From: Patescibacteria group bacterium
GTDB lineage: Bacteria > Patescibacteriota > Patescibacteriia > XYB2-FULL-38-15
DNA: 64,000 nucleotides
Reading direction: 5' to 3'
Assembly (NCBI GenBank): GCA_041650995.1
Contig: JBAZJZ010000001.1
Span: 427,302-491,301, forward strand
Position 1 is the stretch's first letter; every line of letters starts with the position of its first letter. Below are positions 9,588-20,915 of this stretch, piece after piece. The translations under genes were made by a program, and so were the position numbers. The notes beneath the pieces are model-generated. The model was not told the origin of the DNA. It did no database searches and saw nothing but the letters and a program-made list of their open reading frames with translations.

Positions 9588-10007
9588 ATGGGCAAGGTAG
9601 TAAGCATCTTCGCCGATGGTCGACTCCATCGGCAATTCCTAGACCGAATCACGAGGCTTGACCTCGAGTACATGAATGGTAACCTTTACCTCAAGCTGAC
9701 TACCAGCGGTAACGAACTCCCCGGCGGGCTAGATGAGTGGCTGAGAAAATACGCGAGGTTTCTCTTCGTTGTAAATAACGGAGAAAAGATCTTCGTAGGA
9801 CGAAGCTCCGGCAGGACGAGCTTCACTGGCGATCCGGACAATGTCCGCTACGTGGGGATCGAATTCCGCGGCCCTAAAGGGGGAAGTGTGAATCTCCTCA
9901 AGGAGCATACGCTAGAAATCACCTTGGCAGCTGGCAAGGAGCAGAAGTCATTCACGGCTATCAAGGAGGGCAAGAAGGACACACCCGAGATTGAGATAAT
10001 CTCGTAG
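9588..10007 (+). CDS. GC-rich hypothetical protein (139 aa)
   Basis: RBS GGAGGG plus ATG. ~55% GC. A 139-codon open frame of this length is unlikely by chance. Flanked by its own promoter and terminator. Confidence 0.45.
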   Translation: MGKVVSIFADGRLHRQFLDRITRLDLEYMNGNLYLKLTTSGNELPGGLDEWLRKYARFLFVVNNGEKIFVGRSSGRTSFTGDPDNVRYVGIEFRGPKGGSVNLLKEHTLEITLAAGKEQKSFTAIKEGKKDTPEIEIIS

Positions 10008-10010
10008 GCG

Positions 10011-10050
10011 CATAGGACCGACGCCAAGAACCGCTTCGGTCCTCTTTTTA
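10011..10050 (+). terminator. rho-independent terminator
   Basis: GGACCGA...TCGGTCC stem followed by TCTTTTTATC. Confidence 0.5.
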
Positions 10051-10150
10051 TCTTATTATCTTATCCCCGCGATTTGCGAGGATTGACTATTCTCTTCAAA
10101 TACGCTATAATTTTATGTTAAAATTAAAGAATAATTCTTGATCAATTTAT

Positions 10151-11530
10151 ATGCCACGAATTCCAACGGCAGAAAAAATTTCCGGACCAGAAACAGAAAA
10201 AATTGCGACTCATATTGCACTAACTTCCGAAGCCTCAAAAAATCATCCCGATCGTAACGAGGATGCCGCCTTTGTTGACCCAGCACAAGAATTAGCTGGC
10301 ATTTTTGATGGCATGGGCGGTGGCTTAGACGGAAAACAGGCTAGCGAATTGGCGGCTAAAATCTCTTTTGAAGAACTATCTAAAGTTCCCGAAGGAGCTG
10401 ATGCGAAAAAATGGGAAACGGCTATCAAACGAGCCCTGGAAAAAACTCAGGAAGAAGTTATAAAATTAGGCAACCAACTATTTTTTGAACAACTGGATGA
10501 TCCATTTATTGAAGCAACTTATAGAGATAAACCTCAAGATAAAATTCAGGAATTAATTATAGAAAAAGGAAAATCCCCTGCCGGAACAACAGCTTCTATC
10601 GTAAAAATGATTGAGCGGCCAGACGGCGGCGCTGACTTGGTGTTTGGCCATACTGGCGACAGTAGAATTTATGTTTTGAAAAAAGGTGAAGAATTAAAAA
10701 AATTAACAAAAGACCAGGGAGCCCTTGAAGAGTCTGTTCAAAATAAATATATTACCCAAGAAGAAGCTGATTTTATTGATCAGGCAACTAGTAAAGAAGA
10801 AATAATTCAAAAGTTCGGACCAGAAAGAGGCAACACGGTAGCCTTTCTTTACAAAGATTTGAGAAGAGGTGTAAAGAGCGCCCTTGGACTTAGCGGAAGC
10901 GAATTCCAAACAGGTATTGAACACCTTGAACCCGGCGACCTAGCAATTGTTACTTCCGATGGTATTCATGATAATTTGACTGATAAGGAAATCCGAGCAG
11001 AAATAATTAAAGGCGGAACGCCCGAAGAAATTTCCGCGCGGCTAGTTAAAGCCGCCAGAAAACGTGTTGCCGGAAAAGTTTTAAGATCTAAGGAAGATGA
11101 TATGACTGCGCTGGTTATGGAAACTCCGGAAATTGTTGAAGCCGCCGAAGCGGTTGAAGAACCTGCCCTTTCCCCGGAACAAGCGGCAAAAATTGAGGAT
11201 GATTTAAGAAAACTTCAAGAGATGGCAAAATATCTTAAGAATTTATTGACCGTGGCTAAAACCATAGAAAAAGGCCTTAAGCCGATTACCAGCAAAAAAA
11301 GAGTTGAAGAAATTATGGGTCTGGGCGGAGCAAGAGGTGTTGAGGATGCTCTTTACACGACCGAGACGGAAATTCTTAAAGCAGAGCGCGACTTAGCCGG
11401 ACATAAAGGAGACATTGCGATCGTACGAGAAACTACCACAAAACTTCGCCAAACTCGAGAAGGAAGAGAAAGACAACTTAAGGCGCGAGACCAGGAAGAT
11501 ATCGAGCAAATAAAATCCAGGGTAGCATAA
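10151..11530 (+). CDS. PP2C-family Ser/Thr protein phosphatase with a C-terminal coiled-coil extension
   Basis: PP2C motifs FDGMGGG, GHTGDSRIYV and VTSDGIHDNL. The C-terminal ~150 aa are rich in charged residues. Confidence 0.6.
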   Translation: MPRIPTAEKISGPETEKIATHIALTSEASKNHPDRNEDAAFVDPAQELAGIFDGMGGGLDGKQASELAAKISFEELSKVPEGADAKKWETAIKRALEKTQEEVIKLGNQLFFEQLDDPFIEATYRDKPQDKIQELIIEKGKSPAGTTASIVKMIERPDGGADLVFGHTGDSRIYVLKKGEELKKLTKDQGALEESVQNKYITQEEADFIDQATSKEEIIQKFGPERGNTVAFLYKDLRRGVKSALGLSGSEFQTGIEHLEPGDLAIVTSDGIHDNLTDKEIRAEIIKGGTPEEISARLVKAARKRVAGKVLRSKEDDMTALVMETPEIVEAAEAVEEPALSPEQAAKIEDDLRKLQEMAKYLKNLLTVAKTIEKGLKPITSKKRVEEIMGLGGARGVEDALYTTETEILKAERDLAGHKGDIAIVRETTTKLRQTREGRERQLKARDQEDIEQIKSRVA

Positions 11531-11576
11531 ATATATTAAAAGACCCGCCTAACTTGGCGGGTCTTTTTTGATCTAC

Positions 11577-13343
<1,767 letters not shown>

Positions 13344-13470
13344 AAATAAAACTTTGTCTCCTCTGTTTACAAAGATTCTATAAATATAAATTTTATTATT
13401 ATCAAACGAGTGAGAGAAATGAAGTTGCTTTCATTTCCGAGCGAGCGCAGATAACAAAGGGCGAAGCCCT

Positions 13471-14652
13471 TTATTTAACAATAATACTCACATTATTCTT
13501 TATCTGCGGAACTTTTTTCACCCAAAAAGGTGAAAATTTTATGGTAATGCGCTCAATCTCCGGATAAATGGATAAATATTGAATTATTTTTTCTTTCGAA
13601 AGTCCGATAAATTTATCTTTGTCAAAAATCGAGCTGTCTGACTTTAGAGACATTTCTCCTGAAAGATGAACCATAATATTAGCTTCGCCGCTCGTAACAT
13701 TATATTTTTCCACTAAGAAAGTCATACCATTATAATCAACACTTGTCAATTCTTTATCAGCCGGAACTTTGGCTCCCAATTCTTGCCGCGCCAAACTCTC
13801 TAAATCTCGCTCATAAAAAGCTACTCCTACGACTTTCATTTTCAAATTAATGGTAAACTTATCGCCTGTCGCACCCGCCTTAAGATCGCTGCGTTTTTCG
13901 GAAATTTCTTTTATCACTACTTTACCAAAGATTTCTCCGGCCGAAGGCATTTCCTCTTTTAAACCCTCCATCACTTGCGTTGAAAGAGTTTGAGTCAAAT
14001 CGTTATAGGCATTATCTAAATCAGCTTGTGCAACAAACCGCTCTTCATGTTCTCCACCATGCATTGGGGAAAAGCTCTGAGCATAAATTTTATCCTGCAG
14101 CCCCTCCCAAAGTCCCGGAATAATAAATTTTGTGGGCCCGAGTTTCGCAGCAGCCTCCGAGGGAGTATCGGCATAAACTTCCACATTCTCTACTTTACCC
14201 CCGGCTGGAACGCTAACTCTATTTTTTAAACGATACAAAATTCCTTCCGGAGATAAAAGACGCGTCGTAGCCACAAGAGGCTGATCTTTGTTGTAATTAT
14301 TAAAAATTGTAACGGTTCCACCGACATCCCCTTGGACTTTTTTTATTCCAGTAGTTGGATATTCCTGACTACCCGAAACATTAGCTTCCTTCACTTTTCC
14401 TGAAATGGTAGCGGCACCCGGCACGGCAACTGATGGTTCGGCCGGATTTTGGATAGCGACTTCTTTCAAATCCGCGATAAAATCTGCGCTAACCGGCTCT
14501 TTGGCAACAGTCACCGCGATTTCCGCTCTACTCAAAACAAAATACGCCGCGAGAATTACCAAAATACTTGTCAGGGCCACAAAAATAAAAGCGATTCTCC
14601 GATAAAAACTAACTGGCGCTTCGTGTTTCCGCGATGTTTTACTTTTTGCCAT
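13471..14652 (-). CDS. membrane-anchored hypothetical protein
   Basis: N-terminal transmembrane helix IAFIFVALTSILVILAAYFVL followed by a ~350-aa extracytoplasmic region. Confidence 0.4.
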   Translation of the reverse strand: MAKSKTSRKHEAPVSFYRRIAFIFVALTSILVILAAYFVLSRAEIAVTVAKEPVSADFIADLKEVAIQNPAEPSVAVPGAATISGKVKEANVSGSQEYPTTGIKKVQGDVGGTVTIFNNYNKDQPLVATTRLLSPEGILYRLKNRVSVPAGGKVENVEVYADTPSEAAAKLGPTKFIIPGLWEGLQDKIYAQSFSPMHGGEHEERFVAQADLDNAYNDLTQTLSTQVMEGLKEEMPSAGEIFGKVVIKEISEKRSDLKAGATGDKFTINLKMKVVGVAFYERDLESLARQELGAKVPADKELTSVDYNGMTFLVEKYNVTSGEANIMVHLSGEMSLKSDSSIFDKDKFIGLSKEKIIQYLSIYPEIERITIKFSPFWVKKVPQIKNNVSIIVK

Positions 14653-14676
14653 ATTACCTCCTTAAAATATTTTAAT

Positions 14677-16131
14677 CTATTTAATTTCTCCGTCTATCTC
14701 ATTCAACTCATTTTTCTTTTTGAGCCATCTTCTGGTTCCAAAAAGAATCGTTAACCCAAATAAAATTCCTATTGGAAAAGATAAATACGGATTTTTTGCC
14801 GACAAGAAACTGACGCGCACGGTGGTTGGGACTTTTTTCACAGTATTATTCTCACCATCAGTAACATTTAAAATTACAAGATAAGTCCCTGACTTTCCGT
14901 ACGAGTGTTGCACCTCACTGCCAGCCGCGGCTTTACTGTCTCCCAAATCCCAGTTATAACTTAAATTCTGCTCACCGGAATTATCCCTGACTTTAAAAAT
15001 AAAAGTATTCCAACTTAATTTAACAGAATCAACAAAAATATTTTCCAAATCCGCGCTCTGCTCCGACAAATTATCGCTTCCCGCCTGATTTGTCTCAAAC
15101 GCATTTTCATCCTCGTCTCCAGACGTAGCGCTTTCATCCTGATTCAATGGCGCAGCGTCATCTCCATCTTTTGTGCCATCCTGATCAGTATCTGGATTTT
15201 TAGGATCTGTGCCAATCTTGGCCTCATCAACGTCGCTCACCCCGTCATTATCATCATCGCTGTCACAGGCGTCACCAATTCCATCTTTATCAAAATCCGC
15301 CTGAGAAGCATTCGCTATCTTTTTACAATTATCACGACCATCGGGAACACCGTCCCCGTCAGTATCAGCCGGAGACGAAGAACCGCCTGAACTTGGAGGT
15401 GGCGTACTGTTATCCACCGAATCACAAACGTCGCCGACTCCGTCATGATCTTTATCGGCTTGATTTGAATTAACGGTTTTTGGACAATTATCTTGGCCAT
15501 CTAAAATTCCGTCATCGTCAGTATCTGGATCAAGCGGATTGGTGCCAATCTCCTGCTCTTTAACATCTGTTAAGCCATCGTTATCGTCATCCGCGTCGCA
15601 AGCATTACCGACTTTATCGCCATCAAAATCAGCTTGGTCAAAATTTGCTAAATTTGGACAATTATCATTTTTATCAATTACTCCGTCTCCATCAGTATCC
15701 TTTTCCGGATGAAACATTCCCGTCAGGGCAGAATCATTGGCCGGATTTTCATCTGCTATTGGTTGATTCTCTTTATTAACTCTAGTAATATCAACTCTGA
15801 TGTTAAAACTACCTTCGGGTACGACAAAATTTACAAAGACCTCGTCACTGACTCCATAAGCCCGTATTGAAACAACCTGTGAGGAACCTATCAACTGAGA
15901 CCCAGTATAAAAAGAAGCATATCCGGGAATATCATACTTACCATAGTTCTTGATGGCGGCGTAAAGAGTAATTGTCTGACCCGCGATTAAATTTGATTCT
16001 GAGAAAAAAATGTCATTCGAGCTGATCCCCATATCGTAATTCAGCGTTTGCGCTCCAACGCCCTTAGGAAGAAACGCGATAACACAAATAATAACCCCTA
16101 AAAAAACGCTTTTCGTGAGGAAATTTTTCAT
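14677..16131 (-). CDS. secreted protein with thrombospondin-type-3-like Ca-binding Asp repeats and a C-terminal membrane anchor
   Basis: Signal peptide. Repeated DxDxDGxxDxxDNCP motifs: [39 protein letters not shown]. Ig/PKD-like C-terminal domain and a terminal hydrophobic helix. Confidence 0.5.
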   Translation of the reverse strand: MKNFLTKSVFLGVIICVIAFLPKGVGAQTLNYDMGISSNDIFFSESNLIAGQTITLYAAIKNYGKYDIPGYASFYTGSQLIGSSQVVSIRAYGVSDEVFVNFVVPEGSFNIRVDITRVNKENQPIADENPANDSALTGMFHPEKDTDGDGVIDKNDNCPNLANFDQADFDGDKVGNACDADDDNDGLTDVKEQEIGTNPLDPDTDDDGILDGQDNCPKTVNSNQADKDHDGVGDVCDSVDNSTPPPSSGGSSSPADTDGDGVPDGRDNCKKIANASQADFDKDGIGDACDSDDDNDGVSDVDEAKIGTDPKNPDTDQDGTKDGDDAAPLNQDESATSGDEDENAFETNQAGSDNLSEQSADLENIFVDSVKLSWNTFIFKVRDNSGEQNLSYNWDLGDSKAAAGSEVQHSYGKSGTYLVILNVTDGENNTVKKVPTTVRVSFLSAKNPYLSFPIGILFGLTILFGTRRWLKKKNELNEIDGEIK

Positions 16132-16228
16132 ATTTTTAAATTATATATATTAAGCTCCTTTCTGGAGCAAATATTAGTTTAACACGTTACTTAATTATAC
16201 AGGAAAATAGAATTTTGGGCAAAATCCA

Positions 16229-19200
16229 TTAACCATTTAAAATTTGCACATTTCCCTTGCCAATCACTCCTTCCAGCGCCTCGCGGCATTCGTCGCTTGG
16301 AAGAACAGCATAATCGGTTTGAATTTTTTTCCGGCCATCAGGACTTAAAACCGATAACAAAACTTTGTGGTCGCCCTTGAAACGAAAAAAAACGTCTTTT
16401 AATTTCTGCGTTGTTTCCACTCCTAATGAATTTATCCTGATACACACGGCTTTAGGTAAAATTTCAGACGAAGAGGTGTCTATCGGTGAGGAACCACTAT
16501 TTTGAATTTTTGGCGCGTCATTTCCTTCCGCAAATGAAGATGAATGATAAAATTTTCCATTTGTCTGACCCGCGCTTTTTACTATTTTTTCAATGTTATC
16601 CTTATTAATTTCTTTCACGTCTTCACAAATCAATTTCATTTCCCCGTCCTTATCGGACAATCTGCCACTCGCGAGAATTATTCGGCCCGATTGGAAAATG
16701 TCATTCATGTTTTTTAAAGTTTTAGGGAAAACTAAAAGTTCGGTCGAGCCTCCAACATCTTCAATTTTAGCAAAAAGCATTGGTTCGCCGCTTCGCGTAA
16801 TAACTTTTTTTACCTCATTAATCACTCCTGCGATTTTTATTTTTGTATTGGGCGGACACTGGCACAGTCTGGAACACGGCACGGCAATTTCCCGAAGACT
16901 TCCGGCAAACTCCGTTAAAGGATGCTCGCTAATGTAAAGGCCAATGTGTTCTTTTTCCCAAGAAAGTTTTTCTTCTTTTGTCGCGTCAGGAGCCGGCTCG
17001 AGGCGAAGTGTCGGAACGCCCGACGTTGTGGCCATAATGCCAAACAAACTGGTCTGTTGGCTTGCAGCCTCGCGGCCCAAATCTTTCGTAAAATCGAGCA
17101 ATCTATCCGAATTATGAAGCATCTGGTTTCTTTCACCAAAACGATCAAGCGCCCCGCATTTTATCAAACTTTCCAAGGATTTTTTATTTAAATCTTTTGT
17201 CTGAACTCTTGTTAAAAAATCTTCTAAATTTTTATACGCCCCGTTCGCTTTTCTTTCGTGAATAATTATTTTAACAATATTTTCCCCGACATTTTTAACA
17301 GCCAAAAGCCCAAAGCGGATACGCGGCTGGCCTTCGGCTAATGATGCGGCCACGACCGTAAAAGTGGAAAAGCTTTCATTAATATCCGGCGGCAAAACTT
17401 CAATCTTCATTTGTTTGCATTCTTCAACTAAAACGGCAATACGTTCAATGTCACCTTGGTCTGAGGTTAAAAGCGAGGCCATAAATTCGGTCGGATAGTT
17501 TGCTTTGAAATACGCCGTTTCGTAAGCGATTCTCGCGTAGCAGGCGGCGTGCGACCGGTTGAATCCATAACCAGCAAAAGGTTCGATAAAAGCGAAAACA
17601 TTTTCCGCTGTTTCTTTACTAATATTATTTTTTATACAACCATTAATAAATTTTTCTTTTTGCTCGCCCAAAAGTTTGGCGATTTTTTTACCGACGGCTT
17701 TACGCAAAATATCCGCTTCACCCAAAGTGAAACCGGCCAAATCGCGGGCAATCTGCAAAATCTGTTCCTGATAAACGGCGATGCCATGAGTTGTTGAGAG
17801 AATAGGCTCTAGTTTCGGATGAAGATATTTTATTTTTTTGTTGGAATTTTTCCCGGCAATAAAACTCGGAATCCAGTCCATCGGCCCTGGCCGATAAAGC
17901 GCGACCATGGCAATAATATCTTCAAAAATTGTCGGCTTCAATTCACGCAAATACCTTTTCATCCCCGAAGATTCAAGTTGAAAAACGCCGGTTGTATCCC
18001 CTTTTCTCAAAAGCGCGAATGTTTTTTCATCTTGGAGCGGAATTGATTCTATGTTAATTTTTTGCCCATGAATTTTTTCAACAATCCCCAGTGTATTTTC
18101 TAAAATCGTTAAATTTTTCAAACCCAAGAAGTCCATTTTTAGTAAACCTAAATCCTCAATCGGATGCAGGGAATATTGCGAAACTATGGTTTGGTCGCCG
18201 CTTGAAGCAAATTGCAATGGCGTGTGATAATCAAGCGGATTTTTGGTAATCACAACACCACAGGCGTGAGTTGAAGCATGGCGCGCCACTCCTTCCAATT
18301 TTCTTGCCGTGTCGATTAATTTTTTTGCTCCTTCGTCTTTATCGTATAATTCCTTAAATTCTAAAATATTTTTCAGGGCTTCATCCAGGGTGAACATCAT
18401 CGGAATCAACTTTGCCACCTGATCACAAAAACTGTAAGGAAAATCAAGCACGCGCCCCACGTCGCGAATCGCCGCGCGCGCAGCCATGGTTCCAAAAGTT
18501 ATAATTTGAGCCACGTGATCGCGTCCATATTTTCCTTCTACGTATTGAATTACCTCGCCTCGGCGAGTGTCGGTAAAATCTAAATCAATATCAGGCATGC
18601 TGATTCTTTCCGGATTTAAAAATCTTTCAAAAAGCAAATTATAAGTCAATGGATCAATATTTGTAATATTTGTTAAATATGAAACAATCGAGCCGGCTGC
18701 GCTACCGCGGCCCGGACCGACGACAATGCCGCTCGATTTCGCCCAATTAACAAAATCTTGAACAATCAAAAAATACGAAGCAAAACCGGTTTTATCAATC
18801 ACCGATAATTCATAATTTAATCGTTCCATAACTTTTCCTGCATCTACATTTCCAACCCCATCTTTCACTTTATATTCTCCATCAACCTTTATAATGCCAT
18901 ATCTTTTTTCTAATCCCTTTTCGCATAATTCCCGAAGATAAACATTCGCCGTTTTCCCGTCCGGAACTTCAAAATACGGCAACATTATTTTTCCAAGTTC
19001 CAATTCCACGTTGCACATCTCGGCAATTTTTACAGTGTTAGAAATCGCTTCCGGCACATCTTTAAAATCATTCTCCATCTGTTCCGACGGTCTCATTGAA
19101 TAATCTTCGCCCAGCATGCACATTCTGTCTTTCTCGCTGATCTTTCTTTTGGTTTGAAGACAAAGTAAAACATCCTGCGCTTCGGCATCTTCCGAGTTTA

Positions 19201-19825
19201 AATAATGAATATCGTTTGTCGCGACAAGCGGCACGCCTAATTTTTTAGAAAAATTTATTAATTCGCGATTTATAATCCCCTGCTCCTGGCTTGACGGATG
19301 ATGTTGCAGCTCTAAGAAAAAATTTTCCGGACCAAAGAGATTTTGATATTTTAAAATTAATTCTTTAGTTTTTTCTAAATCGCCGTTTAAAACCGATGCC
19401 GGAACTTCTCCCTGAATACAAGCGGAAAGCGCGATCAATCCTTCATGATATTTTTCCAAAACTTCCCAATCAATTCTCGGTTTATAATAAAAACCTTCCA
19501 AGTGAGCGATGGTGGTTATTTTGATCAAGTTTTGATAGCCTATATTATTTTTCGCGAGAAGTACGAGGTGATACGGCCGCTCGTCAATTCTTGCCCGTTT
19601 ATTTTGTCGGCCATTACGCGCGAGATACGCCTCCACTCCCAAAATAGGTTTGATCCCCGCCGCTCGGCATTTTTGATAAAATTCAACCACGCCATACATC
19701 ACTCCGTGATCGGTAAGGGCAAGCGCCGGCATATTGTCCGCCTTGGCCTTGGCAATCAAATCATCTAATTTTGCCAAACCATCGAGCAGGCTATAATGGC
19801 TGTGAGTGTGGAGATGGACAAACAT
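16229..19825 (-). CDS. dnaE: DNA polymerase III alpha subunit
   Basis: PHP domain MFVHLHTHSHYSLLDG, 1198 aa, conserved polymerase core. Confidence 0.95.
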   Translation of the reverse strand: MFVHLHTHSHYSLLDGLAKLDDLIAKAKADNMPALALTDHGVMYGVVEFYQKCRAAGIKPILGVEAYLARNGRQNKRARIDERPYHLVLLAKNNIGYQNLIKITTIAHLEGFYYKPRIDWEVLEKYHEGLIALSACIQGEVPASVLNGDLEKTKELILKYQNLFGPENFFLELQHHPSSQEQGIINRELINFSKKLGVPLVATNDIHYLNSEDAEAQDVLLCLQTKRKISEKDRMCMLGEDYSMRPSEQMENDFKDVPEAISNTVKIAEMCNVELELGKIMLPYFEVPDGKTANVYLRELCEKGLEKRYGIIKVDGEYKVKDGVGNVDAGKVMERLNYELSVIDKTGFASYFLIVQDFVNWAKSSGIVVGPGRGSAAGSIVSYLTNITNIDPLTYNLLFERFLNPERISMPDIDLDFTDTRRGEVIQYVEGKYGRDHVAQIITFGTMAARAAIRDVGRVLDFPYSFCDQVAKLIPMMFTLDEALKNILEFKELYDKDEGAKKLIDTARKLEGVARHASTHACGVVITKNPLDYHTPLQFASSGDQTIVSQYSLHPIEDLGLLKMDFLGLKNLTILENTLGIVEKIHGQKINIESIPLQDEKTFALLRKGDTTGVFQLESSGMKRYLRELKPTIFEDIIAMVALYRPGPMDWIPSFIAGKNSNKKIKYLHPKLEPILSTTHGIAVYQEQILQIARDLAGFTLGEADILRKAVGKKIAKLLGEQKEKFINGCIKNNISKETAENVFAFIEPFAGYGFNRSHAACYARIAYETAYFKANYPTEFMASLLTSDQGDIERIAVLVEECKQMKIEVLPPDINESFSTFTVVAASLAEGQPRIRFGLLAVKNVGENIVKIIIHERKANGAYKNLEDFLTRVQTKDLNKKSLESLIKCGALDRFGERNQMLHNSDRLLDFTKDLGREAASQQTSLFGIMATTSGVPTLRLEPAPDATKEEKLSWEKEHIGLYISEHPLTEFAGSLREIAVPCSRLCQCPPNTKIKIAGVINEVKKVITRSGEPMLFAKIEDVGGSTELLVFPKTLKNMNDIFQSGRIILASGRLSDKDGEMKLICEDVKEINKDNIEKIVKSAGQTNGKFYHSSSFAEGNDAPKIQNSGSSPIDTSSSEILPKAVCIRINSLGVETTQKLKDVFFRFKGDHKVLLSVLSPDGRKKIQTDYAVLPSDECREALEGVIGKGNVQILNG

Positions 19826-19828
19826 ATA

Positions 19829-20491
19829 TTACAAACTATCTATTTCTCTTTTTAAATTTTTCCTCGCCCGTTGTTCTAACTCTTTTCCCGCTTCTTCCGT
19901 AAAATATATTCTTGGTGTGTTTAAAAAATTTTCTAAAATTTTTCTTCTGCCCTCTCTGTACTGATCATCCGGAACCCACGCGTATTCTTGACGAATTTTT
20001 TTAGCATAGCTGTCATATTCGTCATCACTTGACCCGAGTATCGCCAAATCTCCATCCAAAAAAATTTCTGAATCTGGGTCATCCCCGATCAATTTATGAT
20101 TTGCAGTCGCCCTGATCAACGCTATTACGTGATTTGTGATTTCTCCCGAGACGCCTAACGATTTGAGATAATCTTCCGCATACTTAGCGCTTTGTTCTTC
20201 ATTATCCTTTGCTCTGGTATCATACACAACATCATGAAGCCATGCCGCTAATTTAAGACCCCGCGCGTCTTTTATTTTTTGTTCAAATTTTTCTAAAAAA
20301 ACTAAAAAATTCTTAATGTGTTCAAGATTATGATAAGCACGATCTTCGGACTCATATTTTTCAACAATTTTTCCGAATAACTCCAACGCTGATTCTCTTT
20401 TATCAATATCAAACATCTCACAAAAATCGTATCGTAGGGTTTCTAATTCCATTTTTTCTTTGCCATCTGAAATTTCAGAAGAACGCAACAT
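19829..20491 (-). CDS. HD-domain phosphohydrolase-family protein
   Basis: H...HD motif: HNLEHIKN ... AAWLHDVVYD. Confidence 0.6.
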   Translation of the reverse strand: MLRSSEISDGKEKMELETLRYDFCEMFDIDKRESALELFGKIVEKYESEDRAYHNLEHIKNFLVFLEKFEQKIKDARGLKLAAWLHDVVYDTRAKDNEEQSAKYAEDYLKSLGVSGEITNHVIALIRATANHKLIGDDPDSEIFLDGDLAILGSSDDEYDSYAKKIRQEYAWVPDDQYREGRRKILENFLNTPRIYFTEEAGKELEQRARKNLKREIDSL

Positions 20492-20525
20492 AAAATTTTA
20501 TTTATAAAACTCAAAAGTCAAAATT

Positions 20526-20582
20526 CCCCCTTACATTATAAAAAAACTAAATAGGAATTTTGACTTTAAATTCTTTGTCTTC
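20526..20582. promoter_or_regulatory. perfect 13-bp inverted repeat AAGTCAAAATTCC(27 nt)GGAATTTTGACTT
   Basis: Seen directly in the intergenic region between the HD-domain gene and the DUF948-like gene, both on the minus strand. Confidence 0.4.
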
Positions 20583-20597
20583 TATTCTTTATCTTTT

Positions 20598-20879
20598 CTA
20601 CTTCCGGGATTTTTTCTTTCGCTCACCAACAAACTCAACCATTTTTTCTACCGCCTTACCAATCAACCCGAGATACGCTGAAGTATTTTCAAATTTTTCT
20701 TTTATCCTTTCCACTGTCTGGCTGATTTTTTCCATTTTTTCGCGAAAGCTCGTGATTACTTTATTGGCTTGCCGCAGCATCATTATAACATAATAAAGCA
20801 TCCACGAAAGAAAAATCGTCAGCCATAAAACTGAAAAAGCAAGAACTACGTAAAGAAGATCCTTACTAGTTTCTATCAT
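20598..20879 (-). CDS. small membrane protein (DUF948-like: N-terminal TM plus coiled coil)
   Basis: 93 aa. One N-terminal TM helix followed by a charged helical tail. Confidence 0.35.
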   Translation of the reverse strand: MIETSKDLLYVVLAFSVLWLTIFLSWMLYYVIMMLRQANKVITSFREKMEKISQTVERIKEKFENTSAYLGLIGKAVEKMVEFVGERKKKSRK

Positions 20880-20915
20880 ATTTCCTCCTATAAATTAATT
20901 ATTTAAATTATATAA

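Noticed and set aside
6100-10060. Chimeric assembly or contaminating high-GC contig as the explanation for the GC-rich islands.
   Set aside because: The islands are short (0.3-0.5 kb) and sit exactly in intergenic gaps. They are joined to flanking low-GC genes by shared terminators and canonical promoters, which is not how misjoins look. This cannot be fully excluded without reads.
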